A DNA stretch of 44,899 nt. It comes from Rhizaria sp. SCN 62-66. Its lineage: Eukaryota. Location of the stretch: assembly GCA_001724265.1 (NCBI GenBank), contig MEDY01000251.1:1-44899 (forward strand), given 5' to 3'. Made by a program: the position numbers and the translations under genes. Below the pieces are notes generated by a model, which worked only from the letters and a program-made list of their open reading frames with translations, had not been told where the DNA came from and did no database searches. The stretch's first letter is position 1; every line of letters starts with the position of its first letter. This document shows, piece after piece, positions 10,866 through 21,815 of this stretch.

Positions 10866-13163
10866 ATGCAGCGCGCGTCCTCTCTGGCGCGGTTCGCGCG
10901 CCCCCTGCGTGTCTCCGCGCTGCTGCCGCACTCCACCGCAGCTGCGACACCCGTTGGCGCTGCCGCCGCTGCCACTACCGCCGCTGCTCGCTTCCTCGCT
11001 TCTGCGCCTGCTTGTGTTTCTCTCGGTGATTCTACCCGCGCGTTGTTTGCAACCTCCGTGCACTCCACTTCTCTCTCGCAGCGCTCCACGAGCGCCACAC
11101 ACTCCGCAACGTATCGCAACTCCAAGATTCATGATGTTGCGACTGGCCAGAGCCACGGCCACAGCATGAGTTCCATCGCTGCTGCCATCAGCCCCGCTGC
11201 TGCTGTTGCCTCTGTCTCCAGCACCACTGCGCCTCCAGAGTCCGCAACCTCTGCTACAGGCTCTGGAACTGTCTCTGCTGTCTCTTTCTCCGCAGTCTCT
11301 GGTTCGCCGCCGCAGCTGACCTGCTGTTCGATGTGGGCGAACCAAGACAAGCTGCGCATGATCTTTGCCTCCGCCTCGCACGTGGACCCGTTTGAGCTGG
11401 TGCGCGCCGACACCAACGGCATCTCCAGCTCGATCCGCGACGTCGTGGGCAGCGACCACCCTATCATGCGCACGGTCGCGGGCTACTTCTTCGAGTCAAA
11501 CACCAACCGCACGCGCCCCACGCTGCTCTTCTTGCTCGCGCGCGCCATCAGCAACACCGGCTTCACCGCCACGGCCGCGCGCGAGGCCCTGCTGGCCGCC
11601 ACTGCAAACAACAGCAGCGCTAGCAGCAGCAACAGTGTTGGCAGCAGTGCCAAGGGCATGAGCGCTGTGAGCGACCGGCAGCGCATGCTGGCCGAGATCA
11701 CCGAGCTGATTCACGTCGCCGGCGTGCTCCACAACAACGTGCCCGACACGGCCCCCGGCGACCAGTCCTGCGTCGGCATCGCGGTCCCCAAGATCCGCAC
11801 GGCCTCGGGCCCCGCGCAGTCGCTCAGCGCGCTCGCCTCCACTGCTGGTATCATCACCACCGCAAACACAAATAGTGCGAACGCTGCGACTGAGACTGTG
11901 AGCGCGAGCGCGAATGCGACTGCTGCTCCGCCTGCTGCTGCTGCTGCGCCCGCGGCCGCGACCGCTGCCACTGCGGTGACGGCGACTGCGAACAAGACGC
12001 TGCACCTGGCGCAGTCCTTCACGGGCAAGAAGCTCGTGCTGGGCGGCGACCTGCTCTTCAGCCGCGCCGTCGTAGGGTTGCACCAGCTGCACTCGCACTA
12101 CGTCACGGGGCTTGTCAGCCGCGCGATCGAGCACGCCGTCGAGGGCGAGGTGATGGCCAGCAAGGACACGGCCGCGACGGTACAGTGGTGGGAGACCAAG
12201 GCCTTCCTGTCCTCGGCGTCGCTGCTCGCGCACACCGCGCAGGCCACGGCCGTGCTGGGCAAGGGCGACGCCGCGGTCCAGCGCCTCGCCTTCGACCTGG
12301 GCAAGTACCTGGGGCTCGTCGCGCAGAGCATGGACGACGTCCGAGCCTACCGCGCCGCACTGCCCAAGCACCTCACGCCGCCCGGCGACGTCACCGAGCC
12401 GCTCTTCGAGGCCTTCGAGGCGCTCCACGCCAACAGCGGCAGCGGCGGCAGCGGCAGCGGCAGCGGCGTTAACGCGACTAGAGTCGGGTCCAGCGTGTTT
12501 GCCAGCGCCGGCAGCGGCGGCTCTAGCGCGGGTAACGCGAGCGTGAACATCGGCGTGACGCCGAGCCGCAAACGGAGCCTGATGAACTACCTCTCGTACG
12601 TACTGCCCAAGCCGCTGCGCATGCTCGTGGCCTCGCGCCTCGCGCCCAAGACCAGCATTGAGGAGATCCTCAACAACAATAGCAACAATAACAACAGCAG
12701 TAGCAAGAATACGAACTACATTGACGCCGCTGCGGCCGCTATCGGCACGTCGACCCCGCAGCAGCAGCCCGGCTGGCCGCTGTTCGCGCTGTCTCGCGTG
12801 CCCGCCTCGAGCAAGTCGATCCCGTCGCCGTCGCGCGTGGTCTCGACGGCGACGACGCTGCTGTACGCCGCCGCCCCCGCGCCGCCGCTGCCCGACACTG
12901 CCGGGTTGGTCTTTGTGCTGGCCGCTGCGCTGGATCCCGCCGTGCTGCCGCTCGCCGCCGCCGCCTAGGCCGCGCCGGGCGACGCCGCCGCCGTCCACGC
13001 GCTCTACGAGGCCATCCAGCGCTCGGGCGCCGAGGAGGCCGCGCGCCAGGCAGCTGCCGTGTACGCGGGCAACGCGACCGCGGCCGCGGCGGCGCTCGCG
13101 CCCTCGCAGTGGCGTGACGGGCTTGTGCGGCTCGTCTACTACGTGCTCACCAGGAAGCACTGA
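10866..13163 (+). CDS. Trans-prenyl (decaprenyl/solanesyl) diphosphate synthase-family protein with degenerate Asp-rich motifs (PDSS2/DLP1-like), ~765 aa, in-frame TAG at 12966-12968
   Basis: A mitochondrial-type presequence (MQRASSLARFARPLR) is followed by YFF...RTRPTL, QRMLAEITELIHVAGVLHNNVPD, KKLVLGGDLLFSRA, VEGEVM and LGKYLGLVAQSMDDV. After the TAG the frame stays GC-rich and gives AAPGD...AIQRSGAEEAARQAAAVYAGNATAAAAALAPSQWRDGLVRLVYYVLTRKH-TGA, which resembles the Coq1/PDSS C-terminal helices. Confidence 0.8.
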
Positions 13164-13465
13164 GAAATACGCATTTTCGCAATGAAAAATTAAAAGAGTC
13201 ATCACTGTTGCAGGACTTTTCTGGTGGAGCATTCGTAACTTAGACATGATGAGGTCACTTTTTTTCATCTTGATTTGGTTTTTTTGCTTCATCTTCTGTT
13301 TAGAACTTTAGGTCATTATTTATTATATGTTTTAAGTAGATATATGTAGTAGTCACGATTAGAATACACATAAACACTGCTATAAACAAAGATATCACTC
13401 ACAAACTGTGCTTTAAATATGTCACTATTAATGTCACGCTCACTTATTGTTGGTCGAAAAACGCT

Positions 13466-15741
13466 TCACATGCGTTGCTCCCGCTTGCGGCGCTCCTCAA
13501 CCTTCTCGAACTCGACGCCGCCGACAAACTTGTTCTCAATGCGCGCAATCTCCTCTGCGCCCTGGCGGTGGTGTAGCACCTTGCCGAAGTTCTCCAGCTC
13601 GAACCGCACGCCGACCTCGGCCTTGTTGCTCTCGAAGGCGTAGCGGCCGCTGAGCGCGAGCGTCGATGACGGCACGGACCAGGCCTTGAGCCCTAGCACC
13701 AGCGACACGTCGCTGTCGCGCACGCGCGCCTTGACCAGCACGTTCTTGTTCGCCTGCCACGCCAGAACTAAGGACATCGCGCTCAGCCCGGCGTTGCTGG
13801 TGCTGCTGTCGGTGAGACTCGCGGCGTTCGACGCGCTGCCGGCGCTTGCGACAGGACTGCCGCCGCGCACGCTCCGCTGCTGCTGCAGCTGCTGCTGGGT
13901 CTTGTCAAATGCGATTTGGAGCCCCACGTCTAGGTAGTTGTGGATGCCGACGACGTTGCTCTTCTCGAGCGGGTTGTACACGCTGCGCCGCATCACCAGT
14001 CGGTGTAGGAACGAGAAAACGTGTTCCGCGCCCCAGTGTCGCCACTGGTAGCCGAGCTGGAACGAGCGCCCGCCGCCCTGCCCCACCACGCCGCTGCCGC
14101 CCGCGGGGTGCCCCGCGCCGCCGTTGCCGCCGCTGCCGCCGCCATTGCTGTTGTAGTCCGGCGTAACGCCGAGGAGCGGGCCGGCCTCGTAGACGGTGCT
14201 GACGTTCAGGTCCTTCTCGCCCGTGGCCGGGACCACCCCCGCCTGTACGATAGTAGTAAAGCGGGGGCCGCGGTAGCCCAGCCAGCCCTCGACGACGCTG
14301 TCGTTCTCGACCAGCGCGGCGCCCAGCGCGCTCGACGCCTGCAGCGACTGCTGCAGCGACTGCCGCAGGGAGTTGGGCGTCAGCGGCGTCTCCGGCTGAG
14401 ACAGATCAGACTGCGACAGCGACGTAGACTGCAACGGAGATGAAGAAAAGGACGCCGGCGGCCGCGCGGTGTCCTGGCTCCAGCAGAGGCCGGCGATGAG
14501 CGTGTCGCCGTCGAGGCGCAGACCCGCGCGCGCGACGTCGTGGCGCGCGCGGCTGCCGCTGCCCGTGAAGGGCTGCGTGACCGACCGCGCGATCGCATCG
14601 CGGGAGAAGGACGACGCGGGCGAGGACAGACTGGTCGTGTTAGACACGCGCGCAAACGCGTCGCCGGGCCTCTTTGCACTGCTGCCGCTGGGACTGCTCT
14701 GGGAGGAGAGAGTGTCGGCCTCGGCGTCGGTGTTGCCTAGCACCGCGGGGACGACAAAGAACGCCGACACGGGCGTCGCGGCCGCCGCATCGGCGCCGTT
14801 GACCGCGGCGGCAACCGCGCTGGCGTTGACGACGCCGCGGAAGCACACGGAGCCGCCGCGCTGCGTGCTGAAGGACGCCTGCGCGTAGCTGCTGAGAGGC
14901 GTGCCGTCGATCGCTGTGTAGGTGCCGGGCGCGGGCTGCCCCGCCGCGGCGGCCGCGAGCGCGCTGAGCCGCTGGCGGTGGCCGATGGCGACCTCGCTGG
15001 CGGGGACCAGATACAGGTGCGCCTCGGCGCCAAGCTGGTGATAGTACGGCAGCGGGGAGCTGGAACCCAGACGCGGCTTGCTTTTCGGGGCGCCACCCTT
15101 GCTCCCAGCATCTGCGGCGTCGTTACTGGAATAATTGGGGTTGGGCACGCGCTCCGAGTACACGTGGCCCTCGACGTTGACGAACGGCCGGTGTGTGAAC
15201 TGCACGGCTGGCGCCGAGAACTGGGCGGCGGAGTCGGCCGCGTCCGTCGCGGTCGCAGTGCTGGTGAGGACGGCGTCGTCCTGCGACGACACGCTGAGCG
15301 GCGGCGCGGGCGCCAATGGGTCCAGATGGCGCGGCGGGCGGTAGCGCGGGACGGCGGCCGCGGAGGACGAGGACGCGGCCTGCTGTGAGGTGAGCGACTG
15401 AGGGCACATGAAGAAAGAGGCCGAGATGGGGTAGCGGTCGTTGATCAGGTCGTTGTGCACGACATCGTACTGCAGGCGGATCAGGTCTGACGGGGGCAAA
15501 ATCAAGCTGAGGTAGACAAAACAACGAATTAAATACAATCGTACAGCATGATAAGAATTTGTTTTATGTGTGATGCGCTAGAACGATTTACATTAGTGGA
15601 AAAGCAATGAGCGGGAGTGGTGGAGGACAGGGCGTACCTGTCTTGGTTGCGACGGCGGCGGAACTCGGGCGGGACGAGCACAATGGGGCTTTCCGTTGCG
15701 GGAAAGACCCAGTTGTAGATCCCAGTCACCGCAGATAACAT
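13466..15741 (-). CDS. OM47-like (porin/Tom40 superfamily) mitochondrial outer-membrane beta-barrel protein, ~714 aa
   Basis: Exon 1 is 15741-15638 (MLSAVTGIYNWVFPATESPIVLVPPEF...), the intron is 15637-15507 (GTACGC...CTCAG, phase 2), and exon 2 is 15506-13466 ending in TGA. The N-terminal PIVLVPP and the C-terminal RRSVYNPLEKSNVVGIHNYLDVGLQ and AWQANKNVLVKAR match my recollection of plant OM47 (At3g27930). Confidence 0.65.
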
Positions 15742-17771
15742 TTGAAAGTTAGGAACGTGACGCTAGACGAGTTGGTTCACTGACAAGATTCGATGGGAAG
15801 AAGCTCTAAAGCGCTGCATATCAGTAAGAATAACGTGGTTGTGAGTGGTGAGTATGTATATTTTTGCTTATTCCATATTATATTCGTCAGTATCAAAAGT
15901 CGTTCGATTGGTGCGATTAAGATCAGTGTAAAGCTCGATTTAAGGTTCAGGCTTGGACATCGACGTGGCGGACAGGCAAGCGATTAAGCTAAGAAGTGTG
16001 TGCAACACACAAACTTATTGGGAAAGTTTAATATCGATATAGTATATAAACTTTGCGTTTATATACTGTGGTGCAAGGCAGCGTCAGTAGACGGTCATCA
16101 GCGCTCGTATCAAGTCTTTTTATTTCGAGCCACAAGTTGACAGTGTGCATCTCTCTATTAACTTGTGGTTGTTTCATATTTTTCCTACTGAAAGTGGACT
16201 TATCCTTGTCAAAACAAGCCAATATTTCCATTACTGCTATTTTGTATATGTTTTTATTTCATACATTGTTCATAACTTGAAACACTTCTATTTCATGCCG
16301 TACTGATGGAATATCTACGCTTGCCTCACTGGTACAGTATTCAATGAAAAGTATGTTTACACAGATATAAGTGTCAAGACAAGTACCATCCTTGCCCTAA
16401 CGCAATTCAAAGCGACATCTTAACTTTTTAATTTGTTTACAATATCATTTTTGTTATTTCAGATCTATACCTCTCTTACGTCTTCAAGAAAAACAGTGGC
16501 AACAAGTAACTGGCACAATCACTTGTCACAACAGCATCTGCCTCAACATGATTCTTTTGAGTTTGCATAAAATACTGTACTTATTTGTCACAGTAGATTA
16601 AAACGCGATATATCGTTATAGATTAACGCGATTTCACGCATCTCGTACATCGATTCATCTTGAAACATCTCAGCTGCGCTGCTGCCACAGACTTAAAAAC
16701 AGTCAGAAGTGTTTGCACATGCGTCCTCTTCAGCTTTATATGTATAGTGCTGTTGTAATAATAAGCGCATCTTACTGAATATACACATTCTGCAATGCAT
16801 TTTCTTGTCTCGCATGTCTGATGCCGTGTCATTGCGCTCTAAGTGTTGCTGCAGCCCTTGATATGTTTCATGTTCAGAATTTGTTATAAAAATACACACG
16901 CAGGAAAGCACCATAAAGTTAAAATGAAGCTATACCTTAAACAAATGTACTGTTTGATGGTGCACCATATTTGTTTTTTGTCGGCACCTTTTTAATCGCT
17001 CCATTTGAGCGCGTGACAGTCTTAAGTTAGTTGCTAATGGTAATTCTGTGACGGTACAAAGAGACAACGTGGTCCTGACATATGATGATTTGCAGTGAAT
17101 CACTTTTCATGAGTATATGTTGCACTTGTTTGATAATTCCATTCTCAGTAATTTTAATATGGTTGTAAAGTTTTTTTGATCGAATACAACAAGTATTGTA
17201 CCCCGAAGTCGAACATTTGTGATTTTTTTTAAATATATTTATATATTTAAAATTTTGGGCGCGCGCACTTTTCGAACACTTTTTTTTCGCGATTTAAGCG
17301 TTTAAACAAATCAAATGGCATTTTTGTTGTATACAACAATACTTTCACTTTTGTTTAAAATGCGATGACCAGTTTTTATCAAGTTAGCTAACATTTACTC
17401 AAGTATAAATCGTAAAATGATGTTGTGCAATGATCAAGCCACAAGTTACCACTTACATTTGATACTCAATACTTTCCCTTTCTTTCAATATCCAGCAAAA
17501 CTTTAAATTTAAGCCATATTTACTTGTGTCAAACTGCTGCGCATATTAAATCCGTATATCGTGGCATGTTTCTTCAAGTTCATGACGCAACAACTTGAAC
17601 TTAGTCACGTCATGGTCACTCGTACTTACAATAACACACACATCTGTGTAATTAGCTTAATTGACTATTGAAAGTATATTTTCTATTATTTCGAATCAAT
17701 AAAACAATAAAAACGCGACATCATACATAAATTACACACATCTGTCTTTTTCTAATCGAGTTTGAAAAAAA

Positions 17772-20700
17772 TTACTCCTGATCTTCCTCGTCCTCCTCGC
17801 CCTCGCCATCCTCGCCAGCGTCTTCGTCCTCGTCGTAGTCCTCCTCCTCGTCGTCCTCATCGTCCCACGGCGCGCATCTCACCTCGCTCTCGAGACACCA
17901 CTTGGAGCCCGGCGCCATGTTGTTGACGTAGCGTGTGAACTGCAGCACGTTGGGCTGTTTGCGCACGATGCACAGCGTGTTGGCCTCGGCGCTGATCGAC
18001 ACCAGCGCAGCCTTCTTCGCCTTGGTCTTGGCCTTGCTCGCAGCGACCTTAGCCGCCTTGGCCGCACCCCGGGCCGCCTTGGCGCTCTCAGCCCTGGCTT
18101 TCGTGTCATCGCCGCCGTCGTCATCGTCTTCGTCATTATCGGAGTCGGAGGTGTTGTACTCCTCGGCGTTGTCGCCCTCGGTCGTCCGGTCCACGGGCAC
18201 GTGTGCGGAGAAGCCGCCGCAGTCGTCGCTGTCCCACAGCGCGCGCTTTGACTCACGGTCGCCGTGGGAACGCATGGCGCGCGCGTTCAGCGCGAACTCA
18301 CTCGCGTAGCCATTGTCGCTCGCGCTTGCAGTCGTCTCAGCGGCGCCGCCAGTCTCGGCCGCCGCGGTTTCGGCGTCTTCGCCATCACCGTCGTCGTCGT
18401 TATCATTGTTCTCATCATCAGCAGCAGCGGCAGTGGAGGCAGCAGCAGCAGCGCCAGTCTTGGTCTTAGCGCCCTTGCCCTTGCCCTTGGCCTTGACAGC
18501 CTTCCCCTTGGCCTTGCCCTTGCCGGCAGCAGCCTTCTTGCCTTTGCCCGCTGCGCCGGTCGCGCCCGCGCCCGCGGCGGCCTTGGCCTTGTCGGCCTTG
18601 GCCTTGGCCTTCTCTGCCCGGGTCTTGGCCTCGACCGCGCTGACCAGCGCCTCGCCGTCGAGCTCCCACGAGTCGTACGGAAGCACCAGAGCAGCAGCGT
18701 CGGCGTCCGCGCTCGCCACGGCCACAGCGCCAGCGGCCTCGACGTCATCCGTCTCGACCACAGCGATCCCCGTGGCATTGCCGGCGCTGTCGCACGAGCG
18801 GCCGTGGGTCAGCCAGATCTGCTCACAGTCGTCGGCCTGGCCCTGGTCCACGAGCGTGTAGCTGACCGTGAGCACGACGTCCTCCGCCGACTGCAGCAGC
18901 GCGTCGTAGGTGCCCACGGTGTAGTCGAGCCCGGACCGGTAGCGCCGCACGCGCGTGCGGTGGGTCCGCGGCCGCGCGCCCGTCAGCCAGTGCAGCAGGC
19001 GCGCGAAGGCGGCCGACGCGAAGAGGCTCTGCGCCAGCGCCGACAGCAGCAGCCCGGCGCGCGCACTCGCGGGCACGGTGCGCAGCGCCGCAGTCACCAG
19101 CGGCAGCACCGACACGGACTTGGGCAGCGCGCAGCTCGCGGCGGCGCCAAGGGCGAGGCGTTGCCGGAGCTGCGGCGCGAGCGAGAGGGGCGCGGGCTCG
19201 TGCTCGCAGGCGCGGATGCGGTACGCGGGGCCGCGCAGCCGCCACGCGCCGCACAGCGACACGATGCGCGCAGTCTCCCTCACCGCGTCGCTGCCGCTGT
19301 CGCCGTTGCCGTCGCCGTTGCCGTTGGACGCGGACGCAGTGCTGAGCTGCAGGTACAGAGGCGTGACACCGGTGGCGTAGGGCGGCGGACTGGGCTTCTC
19401 GGCGAAGTCGGTGCACACGGCGGCGCTCACGGCACGGCCGGCGCTCGCATTCGCACGGGCCTTCGCTGACGCAGGCGCGGTCTTTTTGCCAGACTTGGCG
19501 CCGACCTTCTTCTTCGTAGCACTCGCAGTCTCAGCGTCAGCAGCAGGAGCAGCGGCGGCAGTCTCGGCGTTCGCGCAGTCAGTGGCGGCCGTCTTGGCGG
19601 GGCCCCTGACCGGCACGAGCGCAAGCCCATCCTCGACGTCCGCGCGGATAACCGCGGCCGTGAGCACGCGCTCCACGTCCGGGCGCAGGAAGCCGCCCAG
19701 CATGACCACGCCGCTGGCGCGCGCGCTCGCGCGGGCCGCCTGCAGCGTCGGCACGTGCGTGTACATGGGGTGAACCCACGAGCGCAGAAACGCCAGGTCG
19801 CACCCCAGCGGTGCGTCCTCGGGGGCCTCGACGAGGCGCGCCGCATCATCAGTGCTCACGCTCTCAGTGGAGGTGTTGTTGTTGGAGCCAGAGCTATTGG
19901 CGCAGAGGCGGCGCGTAATGGAGCTCGCGGTGGCGGCATGCAGCAGGCGCGCGCCCGCCTCGGCGTCCTGCCACTGGCTCAGCCGCGTGAGAGCCTTGTC
20001 AGCCTCATCAGCACTCTCCGTCTTGTCAGTCTTGTCAGTCTCCAGGCAGGAGTAGGCCTCCGTGGCGAGCGCGCGCGTGTCGCGATACTGCGCGGGCACG
20101 TCCTCAACGCACATGTCGCGCAAAACCAGCGCCGCCGCCTCGGCCGACAGCGGCACGCGGCCCTGCGCCAGCGCATCGTAAACGCTCACCACGCCAGAGT
20201 TGGCCTCGGACCCAGCGTCCACAGTCTTGTTCGCGTCCTCAGCGTTGGCCTCTGCGTCGGCGCCGGCCCTGGAGGCCTTTGAGGGCGCGGGCATGAGCGC
20301 GGTGCTGTAGCGCGCGGCGGCGGCGGGGACAGTGAGCGCGCGCGGCAGCGGCACCGTAGCGGGGACCTGCAGCAGGCGCACGGTGGCGCCCCAGTCGTAG
20401 CCCTCGGGACGCTCGCCCGCGAAGTGGAACCAGCCCTGGATGCTGACGCGCTTGGCCGAGTGCGTGTACACCTCCTGCACAGCGTGAAAGCTCTGCCCCG
20501 GCTTGACTTCGAACACGACCATTGAATTGAGCACGGGCGGGTGCACGACTGAGGGCACCGACAGCGGCACCGGCACCCACTGGCCCGTCGCGTCCACGAG
20601 CAGATGCTTGTGCTGCCCCACGTCATCCTTATCCTTGTCCTTGTCTGTGTCATGGTCTTGGTCGTGATCGTGGTCGACGTGGTAGCCCTGCGACAAGTTA

Positions 20701-21449
20701 AGCCGCGCGGTGGGGCGCGCGTCCCGGGGCAGCAGCGGCGCGGCGACAGCGGAGAAGAGCTCCAGCCCGCCGCCGTGGGCGGGGTACCACGACGCCAGCG
20801 ACGCCGGCAGCGGGGGGAGGTCACGGGGCTGAGACTGCGACTGTGACTCCTGAGATTGCTCAGCGGCAGTGGCGGCGTTGTGTGCGGCAAGGATGGCGTC
20901 CTCGTCGGCGAACTTAGAGAGGTAGATGATGTACGAGAGCTTGCGCGTGGTGATGACGTCGTCATGGCACAGCAGGTGCGAGCCGTTGGAGTAGATGTTC
21001 GCGGCGCAGTCGACGCGCGAGGACAGCTTGCCGCAACCCGTCACGCGCTCCAAAAACCCGCGGAAGGCGTCCGAGTACATATGGGTGCGCAGCGCCATGA
21101 GGTGCGGGACCTTTGCGGCCTCGGGCGAGCTCAGCGGCAGGTTGTTGAGGTCCATGGTCTGCGAGACCTTGAAGAGGTCCGTCTCGCGGTCCACCGTCGC
21201 CAGGTGCGAGAGGATTTCCGTGCGCACAGCGAGCATGGAGCGCAGGTCGCCAAGGTTGTCGATGCGAACGTGGCGGTAGGGCACGCTGTGCGCGTACTAG
21301 TCGCTCAGCGCCGCCACCGAGGCCGGCTCGAAGAGCGCCGGCGTGAAGGGCGACGCGGGCAGCCAGGAGGGGAAGGACGCCTCGGCGCCCGGGGAGGAGC
21401 CGGGAGGGCGCGGGGTAAACTGGCTGGCAAGCATTGGGGCGCGAGACAT
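17772..21449 (-). CDS. OGFOD1: Tpa1/Ofd1/OGFOD1 2-oxoglutarate-Fe(II) prolyl hydroxylase of uS12/Rps23, ~1225 aa, in-frame TAG at 21297-21299
   Basis: Start is ATG 21449 (or 21434). Translation reads ...LFEPASVAALSD*YAHSVPYRHVRIDNL...ETDLFKVSQTMDLNNL, then HLLCHDDVITTRKLSYIIYL (HxD), GGGLELF, FEVKPGQSFHAVQEV (distal His) and RVSIQGWFH. A second domain (RRYRSGLDYT, WDSDDCGGF, LQFTRYV) follows, and the gene ends in TAA. Confidence 0.88.
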
Positions 21450-21815
21450 GCGGCAGGGAAGCGGCGGAGGCGCGCGGCAGGGGCGAGGGACCGGGGAAGC
21501 GGATGCGAAGTCACGTGGGTTTGCGCGAGAGCACGGACTATTGCGTGTGGGGATCAAAAAAGAAGTATTTGTCAGATATTATTTTATAAAAGTATACAAT
21601 AAGGTATATCAGTACACACCAACTTGCTACAACTCTGTTGACGGTGCTTTGTGGGCGGTATGAAGTGCATTCTAGAGCAGCCACAAGCATCTTTCCGGTG
21701 TCTCGGTGTTCCCGGACGGAGGTCAGCATTCAAATCGGAACTTGTAAAATCTTGGTCTGCGCTCGTTTTTTAGCATCACAATTGCGCTTTTCGTGTAGAT
21801 CACCTCTTTGTAAAA

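Noticed and set aside
12966-12968. Pyrrolysine, selenocysteine-type or CARYYA leaky-readthrough explanation for the TAGs
   Set aside because: The context is eukaryotic, the positions are non-catalytic in unrelated proteins, and there is no shared downstream motif.
17227-17252. 12-bp AT-only inverted repeat ttttaaatatat-tt-atatatttaaaa
   Set aside because: This is low-complexity AT sequence expected by chance, with no associated transposon features.
15793-17760. Short ORFs in AT-rich spacers (also 5542-5967 and 34452-37318)
   Set aside because: They lack the GC-rich codon bias of real exons and show no recognisable motifs.
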